From Lama guanicoe (taxonomy: Eukaryota), in assembly GCA_013239625.1 (NCBI GenBank), contig MU053304.1:1922001-1986000 (forward strand): DNA of 64,000 nt, read 5' to 3'. Under the pieces are notes generated by a model. That model had not been told where the DNA came from, made no database searches, and worked only from the letters and a program-made list of their open reading frames with translations. A program made the position numbers and the translations under genes. How positions within the stretch are numbered: position 1 is the first letter of the stretch; each line of letters opens with the position of its first letter. This document shows positions 48,572 to 61,851 of the stretch, in pieces.

Positions 48572-49585
48572 GTATGGTTTCCATGCTTAACAGTTACTGT
48601 GTGTCTCTCTATGGAATAGACGCTTATTAATCAAGGGTGGTTAAACATATATTGTCCAGCTGCTAGACAAGGTGACTTTAGGGTCTCATCTGGTTCTAGC
48701 AGCCCCTGCTTTATGTAATCAGGAAGGGAGGAAGGAAGTTCGCAGGGTGATAAACATGCTGTCCCTCGGGTGGGCTTCCTGGCATTAGGACGCTTCTGTC
48801 TTAGCATTCCGCCATTTTTTGTTCTGGGAGAAATGTCTGGTCAAATAGAGGTCTGGCTGTTCCAAAAGCTGTTCTACAGATAGGCACTGCGTGTGGGCTG
48901 GTGCTGTGCTGGGGGATTTTGCTAACTAACTTCAGAAACATTTGGACTAAACTATGCAGGTTGTTAAGTAAAGCCACCAAGTCCTCTTGTTTGTGTTAAT
49001 TTCCTTTTGTTCATGTGTGTTCAGTAGCCCAAGTTCTTGGACCACGGTCCTGCACAAGCCTTGCATGTTCCTTGGTTAGTATGGGGGTGCGTGGATCCTG
49101 CACAAGACTTTGAAATCCTCGGAGCACAGAGAGTGACTCTCAGGAGAGTGCCGTGGGCAATGTGCCCACAGGCTTGTATTCTCTGGCAATCATCTTACTG
49201 GCTTGCTGCTCAGCCAGCTCGGTTACAAACCCTCAGGGAGCAAGAATGGCGTTTTACCCGTGAACATTTTGATGCAGCTGTTTTGAGGCAGCTTAAAAAC
49301 AAACACCAGATGACTCCTTTTTTATTATCAATGCCGTGCAAAATTGACAACATCTTTTCCTTTTCCATCTCATCCCGTTGCCAGCGTCTGGATGGGGCAG
49401 GAGCTGGGGACAGAGAGAGGGATGGAGTGAAGGGGGCATGGGGGTGATTAATAGTGCTTGTTGTAAGAAACCAGGCCCATCAATGCAGAAATTCATAAAC
49501 AAAAAAGTGGAAGTCCCTCACTCATCTCCTAACCCAAACTCATAAAATCATAAGGGTAGGTTAATGGTTTGGTGTTATTTTTTCC

Positions 49586-49606
49586 TGTGTGTGTGTGTGT
49601 GTGTGT
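49586..49606. repeat. (TG)n microsatellite
   Basis: Directly visible. Confidence 0.9.
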
Positions 49607-49774
49607 ATTTCTACATGAGTATATCTATTTCTTCTGCAGATCAGATGATTAAGTATTCACTATATGTTTTTAAAAAAGTGATTACAGGATACGTGCTGTT
49701 CTACAACTTACTGTTTTCAGTAGATCACAAACATCCTTCCGTGTGAGTACCTATAGAGCGTGTCTCCTACATTT

Positions 49775-50798
49775 GTATCTCCAGGTCACACTACTGCCAT
49801 CTGGCATCTCCATTTAGGTGTTCCAGGCCACCCTCAGCTGAGTCAGTCATTCCAAAACTGAGCTCATCATGGCCCCGGCTCCACACAGCTCGGCCTCCGG
49901 TGCTCCGCCTCTTTCTACAAGACATCGGCCCAGCTAGGTGCCCGCCTCTCTCTCTGTCCTCCACATCCTCTCTGCCTCCAGGTGCCCTCCATTTTACCAC
50001 CTGAAGACTTCTTAGGTCCAGCACCTTCCCTGCAGCCCCACTGCCACTACCCCTAGGCCGGCTGCCTCTGCCCCTTGATTGTGCTCTTCCTCGCCCTCTT
50101 CCTCCACCTGCTCTTGACTGTGCTGCGCACTCGATCCGGTGACCACGCCAAAGTGAGCACCGGCGTTCGTTCTGTCAGTGTCCCCAGACTCCCTATGCTC
50201 CGCGTGGCGGCTGGTGATGGGTTTTCAGTGCAGATCTCGTGTTTTGCTTTCTCACGTAATTCCGCTCTTCCCATTGCTTTTGGGGTGGAGAGCAGAATCC
50301 TCAGCCTCATTCTCCGCCGTGATCTGTCGCGCGCCCACCTTTCTCGCCCCATCTCCCCGCACTGTCCACGTTGCTCTGGGACCAGCCACCTGGGCCTTTC
50401 ACCTCCCTGGCTCCCGGAGCCCCCTCCTGCTGCAGGGACCCCTTCCCTGCTTTGTGCCTGGGCAGCTCTCCCTGCTGCCTCCCTTTGGCCTGGTTAACTA
50501 CTGCCAGGCTTCTATTTTGGGCATCGTTAAATGCCCCTTTCCTTGGGATGTCTCGGCTAAATGCTTCAAGCTAGGTCTCCTTCTCTTTTCCTCATTTATA
50601 GCCATGCATTCCTTTCCTTCCCAGCCCGCATCTGTCTTCAGGGGACACGTACACGTGTGGTTCTTTGATTCCTGTCTTCCTCACCAGAGTTAACCCTGTG
50701 AGAGCGGGACCTGAATCAGTTCGGTCCAACCGTGTATCCCACGGTGTCTGATGAGTCCTGGACGTTCAGTCAGTGTGTTGATAAGATGAATTAATGAA
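49775..50798 (+). mobile_element. L2 fragment (GC/CpG-rich)
   Basis: catctccatttaggtgt...ccaaaactgagctc...cttcccattgct...gtgtatcccacggtgtctg...gatgaattaatgaa, an L2 3' terminus. Confidence 0.65.
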
Positions 50799-51287
50799 AG
50801 ATTATGAACATGGCCTGATGTTTAAACCATTCCTCTATTGATGGATCTTTAAGGTTTTGCAATTTCTCTTTTCTAAGTAATGCTCCGATGAATAAAGATC
50901 CTTGTATGAACAGTCTCAATCAGGGCTGGAGGTGGGGCTTGCCACTCTTTGGACTGGAATGATTTCGGTTTGATGTGTTTGCAGGTCTCTTCTCAGAGGA
51001 GATTTCTCCATTTTTTAAGGGAACTCACATGCGCAGAATTGGAATGACCCTCATGCTTATTTTGTGACACTCTCCCACCTTGTCCATAGCATGCTTTTAC
51101 ATACTTACTTCACTGTTTTATTTTGCAATAATCACTGGTGAAACACCAGCAAAACCAGGAGTTAGACCTGATAACTAACCCCAGACTCCCCATCAGCTCA
51201 TCCGTCACCCTCCCTTCCCCACCTAAAGTTAAGTCACTTGGAATCTTGAGTTGATCTGTCCCTTGTCTTCCTTTTTATATGATTTTA

Positions 51288-51422
51288 TTTTTATTTTTAT
51301 TTTTTGGAAGGGGAGATAATTAGGTTTACTTATTTATTTTTAGAGGAGGTGCTGGGGATTGAACCCAGGACCTCTTGCATACTAAGCATGTTCTCTACCA
51401 CTTGAGCTATACCCTCCCTCCC
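51288..51422 (-). mobile_element. tRNA-Ala-derived SINE with 9-bp TSD, within old L1-like sequence
   Basis: ggaggtgctggggattgaacccaggacctc...gagctataccctccc, with TSD atgatttta at 51279-51287 and 51423-51431. Confidence 0.92.
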
Positions 51423-52525
51423 ATGATTTTAATATTATGTGTTTTTGTAGAAGTTTTTATTTATACTTTAATTGTTTTCAAATTTATAAAAATAGTATCA
51501 TGCACGCAATTCTCTAGTGCTTACTTTTTTCACTTAATACCATATTGCTAGGATTCATCTGTGTGGTTGGAATTCATTCTTTTGGACATTATTATTATAT
51601 TTTGCAGACTTTACTTAATACATTGTGTATCCTCTTTAAGAAATATTTCTCTGCCTAAAGATCTAAAAGTTATTCATCTATATTTTCTACTAAGCATTTA
51701 AAATTTTTGCTTTATACCATACTATTTAATTAATATGAATTTGATTTTTGTATATATGGTTTGAAATAGGGATCTCATTTTAGCTTATACTATAACTTTT
51801 TCTTCTTTTTTAAAAAGACTCTATTTCTATAAATACATAGTATATGAACCTTTATTCTGTACCCCACTCTCTGGAAAGCTACTGCTAGCATTTGGAATGA
51901 CTGGATACTTCATGCATTTTTAATTGTGTTTATTCTCATTTTTTCAGGCATTTCTGCACTGTTAGGGCTTAACCACTGATCTGAAATTTCTAGAAATAAA
52001 TACTGCTAATTAGTTTTTGCTTATTAGTAGGGAGAAAAATTTCACCTTATCACGTAAGATAGTTTAACAGCTTCTGTAGCCTATCATGGCTTTTTCTAGG
52101 TGTTTCTAGGTAGCACATATAGACATGTAAGATTCTCCTTGGCTCTTCTAATATCAACAAGATCAATAAAAATAGTATTTTGACTCTCAGTTGGCTTCAG
52201 GGCCAGAGGGTTGCATTCTAAGAATATGAATTTTGGTAATTCTACTTGACTCGGACAGTTTGGCGATTTCCAGTAATTTCACTGGAATTGTGCTGCAAGC
52301 CAAGAGACGGCAAATGGATCTCGATTTGCAGAAAGATCATGTTTTATTTCTTCTATTAAAACAACAAAACTATTTTATAACACCACATTTGTAAGATGTT
52401 ATTGTTTTAATAAACTGCTTTCTAACAGTTTTCCTGTTTCCTAAATATCATAGATTTTAAACTCCCCAGTTTTCATGAAATAGCATACAGTTTTATTATT
52501 TTATTTTTTTCTACACATTGCAGAT

Positions 52526-52643
52526 TGTATTAGTCTGTTAAACCTGCCAAAACACACTACCACAGACGGGGTGGCTTAAAAACAGAAATTCATATTCTTA
52601 AATTCTGGAGGCTGGAAGTCTGAGATCAAGGTGCTGGCAGGGT
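52526..52643 (-). mobile_element. MLT1 LTR fragment
   Basis: tgtattagtc...ccacagacggggtggcttaaaaacagaaatt...ttctggaggctggaagtctgagatcaaggtg. Confidence 0.8.
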
Positions 52644-52659
52644 AGAAACCCATACAGTG

Positions 52660-52897
52660 TTATTTTACTTTATTTTTATTTTTATTATTTTTTTTTTGAT
52701 TGAAGTACCATCAGTTACAATGTGTCAATTTCTGGTGTACGGCACAGTGTCCCCATCATGCACATACATACCTATGTTCGTTTTCATACTCTTTTTCATT
52801 CAAGGCTATTGCAAGATACTGAACATAGTTCTCTGTGTTATACAGCAGAAACATTTTTTAAATTCTGTGTTTATCTATAGTGGCCAACCTTTGTAAA
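52660..52897 (-). mobile_element. L1 3'-terminal fragment
   Basis: T-rich tail then ttgaagtaccatcagttacaatgtgtcaatttctggtgtac, similar to the copies at 8273 and 58043. Confidence 0.82.
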
Positions 52898-55619
52898 TTA
52901 GATGTAGATACCTTCGTGCACCAGTCGTAGTTGAGGCAACTTTACATCATCTCCACTGACATTTACGTTGTGCTGTTTTCTGAGGTTCCTGCATAACATC
53001 GAGTTTGCTTAGAGGGAGAAAACCCCGCCACATAAAGGAAAGTCTTTCTTGTTTAATAGGAATGTAAAGCAGCTGTGGAACCACGGTGGCTGTTTAGAAT
53101 CTTTTCTGCTCTCCTTGAGTCTGTAGCTGTCTCGTTACCTGTCTCATCTTCTGCTTTCTCCAAATGTGGCCTCGCGTCAGCTGGGATCTCTCGGCCATCC
53201 TTCCTTTGTCAGGGTCTCCCGGACTCCCAGCAGCTGCTTCGTTGGCCTTTCAGAGAGCGGGGGCCGTGGGATTCCCTCCCCCGTCGCCTCCATCCTTCCT
53301 CATGCTCTAGAGCAAATCCCCGGCAGATGTGAAAGAGATTTAGGAAGCCTGGTACCCTGACTCTCTCTCTGCTCAGCTACCTTCCAGCTTGTTCCTGCGC
53401 TTCTCTTAAGTTGGTTTCTACCTTGTCAGTTCCCTCGTCCTGTGGGAATAACCCCACCTCCCCGTTTAGCGTCTGGCTCTGTCTCCCAGCCAGCTTTTTA
53501 CTATAGCACATGCACACGCACACGCGCACACCAATAGCTGGTGCTTGTCCAGTGTTAACCACGAGCCAGGGCTGTGCTGAGCGCTCTCCAAGGCTGCTGT
53601 CAGAACAGTCTCCGAGCTAAGCACTCTTAGTTATACCGATTTCGTAGATGAGAAATCCGAGGCCCAGGGAATTTTGTAACTTGCCAAGAATATTAGAGCG
53701 ACATTCTGTCCTGTAGTATCACATCAATCCCCACAGCTCAGTGTGGCTTCCAAGAAAAGGTGAATTTCTGCTTTGTCATTCTGATGAAACACCTGCCTTG
53801 CAGGTGGTAACTCAGGGCCCTGGAGCATCTTGTTTGTTGCTCTGAGAGCAGAGCTTGAAAGTGTCTTGAATCACTTCCACCATGTGCCGTTTGCCAGAAT
53901 TCGGTCACTCAGCCCCTCGAGGCCGTGCCCGGGAACAGGAGTCAGTGTGGTGAACATTGATGTGGTCTTCGCCAGGCCAGGCGCACATGCCAATATCTGT
54001 TGGGAGATGGGATTTGAACCCAGGTCCTCTGCCTGCCTCCCAAGCCCATGTTCTTATCATCTTATTAGACCCCTTTTCTGTGGGTGCCAGTCACACTGGT
54101 CCAGATACATGATTCAAGACCATGTCATTATTTCAACTTTTGACTGTTCTTAAGAGAAGAAATATTATGCAGCTTTGTCCCAAAACAGAGACTGGTTGCT
54201 TGAAATGAGATGTTTTCTACTTAATTTAGTTCTGAATGTCCTTGACAAAATCTTATGTTTCCGTAGGAAAATGACATTTCCTTTGCCAAAAAAAAACTAT
54301 TAATAGTTTAGTTAACATCAATTCATTGACCTCTGATGCTCCAGTAGGTGTGTAAGAACTCAGACAGCGGGAAGCGTGTGTGTTTCCTTTGGAAAACGTA
54401 TCCTGCTGTGCTCTCACTTTGCAAGTCTGAGCAGGAGAGTAATCGCGTTTTATGAATGAATTAATTCAAACCAGGTTCTTGTCACCAGAGAACAAAAACT
54501 TCCAACAAGGTCTCTTCACAGAGATGTTGTCTTGACATAACGCTTGTGTCTCTTGAGAAGAGAACATTTCTTGGTAAGCAAAAATGTTATTTTCAGCAAA
54601 GAAGCTTCCACTCCAAATTTGCTAGTATTTTGATATTTTTCCTTTAATTTCTACTTCAAATGCCAGTACAAAGAGAATTTTTGAGTCATTGGTAATCCAG
54701 AGATGTATGACTATGGCAGGTTGGATGTTGAATCAATTAAATAATAATCTCTCTGTTCTACTTTTCATGTTGATTTTTATTACAGTTTCCTGAAAGCAGG
54801 AGATGATTTTTTAAATAGCAAAACATGGATCAGTGTCATATGTATGTGTGTATAATATAGCTTGAATTATAGATTACAGTTAATCAAATTTCTGTTTTGG
54901 GGGGAAATTTTTATCAAGTTGTGATTGATATTTTCTTGAAACTTTTTTGCAAAACTTTCAAAAAGAAAAGGATTGTCATTTGCACCAAATACTGCATGAG
55001 AATCTAAGAGGAGGCTGTTGATTTTGGTAACAGATTTGTCCAAGCCATCGGTGTCCTCCCTTTTACACTGATGTGATACGGACATCTTAGAAGTTTGAGG
55101 TCTATCTGCAAGACTACATTCAGGGACAGAAGCGAGGGATGGTGGCTAGAAGTTACCAAACACTCTGAAGGGCAACGCCCTGTGTGGAGAGTCACAGCCG
55201 CTTGGTTTTCATGTAGTCTAGAAGCTTCTCCAAGTGACCTTGGTTGGCAGTAACAAGGCAGACAGGATACGGGTGGGATGTGAGAATGAAGAGAAATATA
55301 GACGATACTGAAGACAAGATTAGTGACACAATTAATGGGAGAAAAAGAACGAGGAAGCTCTCTTTTGTTTTATTTTTTTAAAATGACAACATGCAGTTGA
55401 AGAGTGCAGGCCCTGGAGTCAGAAGGCCCTGGTTACAGCCATACGTCTCCCACAGTTAGAACTTAAACGTGGGCTATCTCCCGTCACCCCGGTATCGTAC
55501 TGTCTGGCTCAGAATGAACTTCTTGGAGACCCTACTTGTTGTCTGAGGCTACCCGAGCCCTGAGGGCCAGAGTCTAGACCGCTGCCCATCCCACTCGGCC
55601 ACAGCCTCTGGGGCCAGCA

Positions 55620-55830
55620 GTCTGAATCTTGCTTCCATCCTTACCATTTTCTAGCTGGGCTCCTTGGGGGAAGTGACAACCTCTCTGGGCCTGCTGCTTT
55701 GACTCTGCAGGGAGATGGCAACAACCCTCGTCACGGCTGGCTATGAGCAGTAAATGAGAACACACGCTCCTGCTCTGCCCACACGTATCTCCAGCACCAA
55801 GCCCTGGCACACAGTAGGTGCTCAGTAAAG
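55620..55830 (+). mobile_element. MIR
   Basis: ctagctgggctccttgggggaagtgacaacctctctgggcct...cctggcacacagtaggtgctcagtaaa. Confidence 0.7.
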
Positions 55831-56442
55831 AGACTGCTCCCTTACGCTCCCCTGTGTTTCTCCATCCGCAGTCAGTGCCATGCCCTGTGCCTTGCTCGTA
55901 GTAGACATGGAGTAGAGCTTCTTTAATTAGGATTTATTTGATAAAAATCCTTCTAATTTTGAGAATGTAATTTTGCCTCAAAGGAGCTATTACTTTTCCT
56001 GAAAAGAATAGCTGTGACACACGTTCAGAGCCACCACTGCCAAAACATCATTAGCGTCGTACAAAGCACCGCTCAACTTCAGAGTTCTTCATTGTGACGA
56101 CTAATGGGCGATTTCAGCCTTTTTTCCCTAAAACTCATCATTTCCGAGGCAAGGGGAAGGTAGCGTGCGTTCCTGTCCCAGTTTTACCCTTCGAAACACT
56201 GAGTGTTGCTCAGATCAGCATCGCGGTGCCTTTGAGTTGTGAGTTACAAACAGGTCAGCTCCTCCTGGACACAAAACCCCGAGTAGAATTTGCTGAGTCG
56301 TCTCACCCAGCCTCACTCAGCTCAAGGAGTAAGCCCGTTGGCAGGTGGACTTAGGGCTTTCATTCCAGCCCCGCCCCCTTCGCAGCTGTGGGACCTCCCG
56401 TGGCTCTCTGGCCCTCTCTGCTCTTGAGTGTCCTCACCTTTA

Positions 56443-57212
56443 TTTACTTTTTTTTTAAATTGAAGTATAGTCGGTTTACAGTGTTGCAGGAGTTTCTGGT
56501 GCACAGCATAGTGATTCAGTCACACACACACATATACATACACTCCTTTTCCTATTTTTCATTATAGACTATTACAAGGTATTGAATGTAGTTCCCTGTG
56601 CTATTCAGTAGGACCTTGCTGTTTGTCTATTTTATGTATAGTAGCACCTGCAAATCTTGAACTCCCAGTTTATCCCTCCTCCCCTCCTTCCCCTTTGGTA
56701 ACCATAAGTTTGTTTTCTATGTCTGTAAATCTGTTTCTGTTTTGTAAATAAGTTCATTTGTCTCATTTTTTAAGAATCCACATCTAAGTGATGTTATGTG
56801 GTATTTTTCTTTCTCTTTCTGGCTTCACTTAGAATGACCATCCCCAGGTCCATCCGTGTTGCTGCAAATGGCATGGTTTCATTCTTTTTTATGGCTGAGG
56901 AGTATTCCATTTTGTATATATACCACAACTTCTTTACCCAGTCATCTGTCAGTGGACATTTAGGTGGCTTCCATTCTTGGCTATTGTACATAGTGCTGCT
57001 GTGAACATTAGGGTGCATGTATCTTTTCAAATTAGAATTTCCTCCAGATATATGCCCAGGAGTGGGATTGCTGGGTCCCATGGTAATTCTGTTTTTAGTT
57101 TTTTAAGGGATCTCCCTACTGTCCTCCACAGTGGCTGCACCAAGCTGCATTCCCACCAGCAGAGCAGGAGGGTTCCCTTTCCTCCACAGCCTCTCCAGCA
57201 TTTGTCACTTGC
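56443..57212 (-). mobile_element. 5'-truncated L1 inserted into a MIR
   Basis: Poly-T plus 3'UTR, and ORF2 C-terminal peptide in the minus frames ([29 protein letters not shown]...[12 protein letters not shown]). TSD tcctcaccttta (56431-56442) / tcctcatcttta (57218-57229). Confidence 0.92.
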
Positions 57213-57251
57213 GGGTTTCCTCATCTTTAAATTCAGGGCTATTGTGAGGGT

Positions 57252-58035
57252 CACTCATTCATTCGACAGTTATTTGCTGAATATCCACTATGTGCCAGGT
57301 GCTTTCTAAGTGCTGAGAACACAGCTGTGAAATAGCAAAGACCCTGTGCTCAGGCAAGTGGTGCGTTAGTGAGGACATGAGTCGGCGGTACACACATGTG
57401 TGTCCCTTGGTTTGTGCGTCTGTGTGTGTGGTCTAGGGAAAGGGTCAGGTAGTGACAGGTGTGGTGAAGAGAAATAAAACACAGAGAAGAGGTAATGGGA
57501 GTATGATGTAGACACAGTGATGAGGTAATAAGGTCTATTTGAAAGGGAAGTAATTGTGTTGAGACCTGAATAAAATGAGCTTGTGACCAGCGTGATTGAC
57601 AGGGGGATTAGCATTCCCGGCAGAGGGTATAGCACATGCAAAGGTCCTGTGGCATGAGTATGCCTGGAGTGTTTGAAGAGCACAGGGCCTAAGAGAACCA
57701 GTGATGAGACTCGGTGCTGGGAAAGGAGCTGGACCAGGCCATGGGGGAAGGACAGGGATTTTATTCTGAAAGTGACAGAAAGTCACTGGAGGATGTGAAC
57801 TGGGGCAGCCATCTGATTGCCTGTTTGAAAGGATCACTCTGGAACCTGGTGAAGAATACACCTGGTGAAGGAACACTGGGAAACCAGGCAGGAGACAGTG
57901 ACGGCTTGAGCACCATGGTACCGGAAGTGGTGAGAAGCTTGGGTTCAGGATGTATTTGAAGGGATGGGTGATGGCACTTGTTGGCAGATTGAGTGTGAGG
58001 TATGAGTCGGAGAGGGGAGTTGTGGATGATGCCAA
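57252..58035 (-). mobile_element. L2 fragment
   Basis: cattcattcgacagttatttgctgaatatccactatgtgccagg...gcacatgcaaaggtcctgtggcatg...aaaggatcactctgg. Confidence 0.85.
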
Positions 58036-58042
58036 AACTGTT

Positions 58043-58288
58043 ATTTTATTTTATTTTTTTATTTTAGTTGATTTATAGTCAGTTTACAATGTTATGTCAA
58101 TTTCTGGTGCACAGCACAGTTTTTCAGTCATACATGAATAGATGTGTATTTGTTTTCATATTCTTTTTCACCAAGAGCTACTACAAGATCTTGAATATAT
58201 TTCCCTGTGCTATACAGTATAAACTTGTTTATCTATTCTGTATATACCTGTCAGTATCTATAAATCTCAAACTCCTAGTCTGTCCCTA
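58043..58288 (-). mobile_element. Short L1 3' end with 10-bp TSD
   Basis: (ttttA)n tail plus L1 3'UTR, with TSD caaaactgtt at 58033-58042 and 58289-58298. Confidence 0.88.
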
Positions 58289-58309
58289 CAAAACTGTTTT
58301 AAAAATAGC

Positions 58310-58780
58310 AGTTTTATTGAAATATAATCCACATACCATTGCAGTGCACAATTCAATGTTTTCATAGAAAATATATTCACAAAGTTGTGTTAACACAGTC
58401 TATTTTAGAATGTGTTCATCACCCAAAGGCAGCCCTTTCCCCTTCAGCTATAGCCCTCTGTTCCTGCCACAGACCTGCCCCCCCAGCCTCCCCCCACAAG
58501 CCTAGGTGACCTCTGGTCTCCTTTCTGTCTCTATGGATTCGCCTATTCTGGACGTTTGGTACAAGTTGAAAGATACAATATGTGGCCTTTTGTGACTGGA
58601 TGCTTTCCTTCAGTGTCATGTTTTCAAGGCTCATCCATATCATAGCATGTGTCAGTCCTCCATCCCTTTTTATGCCTGAGTAATATTCCCTTCCACGGAT
58701 TCGCTGCATTTTGTTTATTCCTCATCCATTGCTGGAATGGTGATCGTTTCCCCCTTTTTGACTGTTGTGAACAGTGCTGC
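58310..58780 (-). mobile_element. L1MB-type 3' fragment
   Basis: tttattgaaatataatccacatacc...ctttctgtctctatggattcgcctattctggac...gttttcaaggctcatccat. Confidence 0.82.
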
Positions 58781-59724
58781 TCATTCATCTCTCCTCCTCC
58801 CGGATCTCATGCTTCCAAGTGTTTCTGTCTTCTTTCTACCATCCCTTCCCCTCCCCCATTCCCTTCCTGGCTTCTCATCTGCAAGGATTCGAGGTTTCAA
58901 CTTAAAACCGGTCCCGCAGACAAGCAGGGATTTAATAGGTCCTTGCTGCTGCTCCACTTTCCTGCCTCCCCTCCCTCCCCCTCCCTCCCCTGCTCCATCA
59001 CTGCCGCACTATATCCAATCATAATTTTCTACCCACTCACTTAAACTTTCTTTCTCTTTGTATCATGAAACTGCTTCTCATGGCTCATCAATGGTGTCCC
59101 TCTCACTAATTTCCAGGGCTCTTTCTTAGTCCTCATCTCTCTAGAAGCCTTTCTCACCTGGCTTACAGAACACTGCCCCGTGTCCATTCTCCTGGGACCT
59201 CTCCCGCCCTCCTCCCGCCTTCCTTTCCTGGTTTTATCTCTAGAGCTCAGTTCTTGCCCCTCTTCGGCTGCTTTCCCCCGCCTGGGCAACAGTCACCCAT
59301 TCTGAGCTGTCATCGCTAAGGGGATGGCTTCCTGACCCTTCCTTCCAGCCTGGCTGGTCCCCTCAGCTTCAGCACTTTCACTGGGCTTGGCGTGATGCTC
59401 TGCCTGCCTCAGTCCTCTCTGTCTGCCCCCCACATGTGCTTTCAAGCCAGCTCTTTATCAGTGGTGCCCTCATCTCTCAGGCTGGAAGCTCAGTCCTGAC
59501 TCCTGACTCCCCCATCTTGTTTATTTCTGGATGGTCACCAGGTCGGCTCTGTTTACGATGATTCCCCATCTGTCCCTGCCCACTGCTTCCTCTTCCATCA
59601 CCAGTGCCCCGATTCCAGCGCTGTCACCTGGTCCCTGAGTGGTTGCGATAAGCCTGTCCGCCCTCTCCGCGATCCGAGCTGCCTTGCTTTCAGCTGCAGC
59701 TCAATTTTCCAGAAGCCTGGGACC

Positions 59725-59950
59725 AGAGCCCAGCTGGGCTTGAGGGCAAAGCCTGTTCCCACTACTCATTCTCTGTGTGACTTCGAGGAAGTTAATCTCA
59801 CTGGGTCTCAGCTTTCTCTCTGCAAGTCAGGATGGGTGACGGAATCCGCAGCATCACAGTCCAGGGGTGGTTGTGAAGACCGAGTAAGTGATGCCCAGGG
59901 CGTGCTTAGAAAGGTGCCTGGCACACAGAAGTCGCTTGACAAATGTCAGC
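59725..59950 (+). mobile_element. MIR
   Basis: ctgtgtgacttcgaggaagttaatctcactgggtctcagctttctctctgcaag...gtgcttagaaaggtgcctggcacacag. Confidence 0.75.
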
Positions 59951-60367
59951 TGATCTTATCGTGGTTTTTACTGTCGAGCCCGGAGTCGATGCCCTGCACA
60001 GAGCCTTTCCGCTACGTCGTCTGGCCAGAGATTTGGCCTCGGCTCCTTCTGTGGTCTTCCTCTCTGGGGAGCCAACTTGGACCACATGGGACCCTCAGGA
60101 CATCTTTTCCTCCTCTGCTAAGACCCAGGAGAGCCCAGCCAAGCTGGCCACTCCCTGCCCAGTTCCCTGCCCTAAGGCTGGCCTGCCTCTCACAGTCTTT
60201 CCAAACAGGCCTCATGAAGAGGCGAGAAAAGATACAGAAGTAACCAGGGTGGGGTTTGGAGTCTGTAATCCTGGGTTTAACTCCTTGTTCCTCGGAGCCC
60301 AAGCTTTCTTGTCTGTGAAGTGGAATAATGGTGTCTCCCTTATAAGGTTAAAGAAAACACATGGTGT

Positions 60368-60490
60368 GGAGGGAGTGGATATAGCTCAGTCCACGAGGTT
60401 CTGGGTTCAATCCCCAGTACCTCCATTAAAATAAATAAATTAGTTAATTTAAAAGCAAACAAGCCTAATTAAACCTAATTACCCCCCAAA
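60368..60490 (+). mobile_element. tRNA-Ala SINE with internal deletion, followed by a CA-rich tract
   Basis: atatagctcagt/ccacgaggttctgggttcaatccccagtacctcc with the D/anticodon portion missing, tail aaacctaattacccccc, and partial TSD aaagaaaacaca/aaagagaacaca. Confidence 0.85.
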
Positions 60491-61851
60491 AGAGAACACA
60501 CACACACAAACATATATATACATACACATGCACACTCACACACGTATGCACATATCTGCACACGCGTGCGTCCACTGGCACAGAACGGTGATTCATAACG
60601 AGCAGGGATTTGCAGCCTGTGAGCCCCAGCAAGGGGAAGACGGGTGAGACAGATCCCCGCTTGCAATCTCTTCGTTCTTCCCCGGAGGGAGGCTCTGCCT
60701 GCGCCTCCCGCCCCCCGTTTTGCCTGTCCCTCTGGAGTTCTCTCACTGTGTCCAGACCGGAGCCCCTGTTCCCAGGGAGAAAGGAGGACAGACTTAAGCT
60801 GCCCCCCAGATGAAAGCAAATGAGAACAAGAAGGGACCAGCCTACAGTGCTCCTGCAGCACGTCTGCGCTCTGTGCAGACACCTGTGAAGAGGCCATGCT
60901 GCCGACCCCCGCCCCTCCACGCGCGGATCTGAGGCCTGTCCCGCCCGGCCCCAGCCCAGCCTTCCTGCCCCCACGCTCCAGTCAGTCCAGCCTCGTCACT
61001 GTCACCCCAACGTGCCCACCTCAGTGCCATTTCCCTGCTTTGTTCCCGCTGTGTGTTTCCTATGAACGGTTTTCTCTCCTCCCCTGGAGTATAAGCTCCC
61101 TACAGGCAGGAAGTGGTTCTAAACACCTTTTTGATTCCCCATTTGTGAATTTTCACTCCCCCCAAATTCTTTCTGAATGAACGAGTGAATACCTCCTCTA
61201 TCTTTTGAGTTAGTGCGCAAACTTAGAATGCAACCCATAAATATCTTCAAGTCAGTCCCCTAACTTGTCTGCCCCGTGTTATACAATTTTAATTAATTTA
61301 ATGTTTTCTCCCTTTTGATTTCAATTTCTCAGGGGAGTCCTCAGAACATCCTTAATGAGAATCTTTCTGGAACTCTCTCCCTTTTTGTAATCACTAAATT
61401 AGGAGACATAGGTGTCTATGATATAGTCTGACCAGTGTCAATATCTCAATTTCTTATTTGGATTCTAGGAAAGTGGAATGAAAGGAATTATTTGAAAAAT
61501 AGCAATGCTTGGTGCTTACACAGTCATTCATTACTTTCTAATGAGTACCTATGTCATCCGACTGTACTAGGGGCTGGTGACAAAAATCACCAACATATGC
61601 TCTTAAAGAAAAGGGACACAGATCTGGAAACAATGCAATGACAGCAACAATAATTGGGCCTAGGGGCTCCCACTCATGAGAAGAAAAAAGCATGTGTCAA
61701 CAGTGCAGTCAGTAAGGGCTTTTGAATATGACAGAATATTTGACTTTCACTCTCTGATCTTTTTCCTTTGTGACCTGCATCAGATGCATAATTCTTAAGT
61801 GAATCATGTTAATATTTGATATTTAAAAAAACTGCCACTAGTTTTCCAGAT

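Noticed and set aside
48349..48630. Full 93-aa ORF as a standalone gene (likewise 22205-22423)
   Set aside because: Only the part between the splice sites matches DNER. The flanks are intronic read-through.
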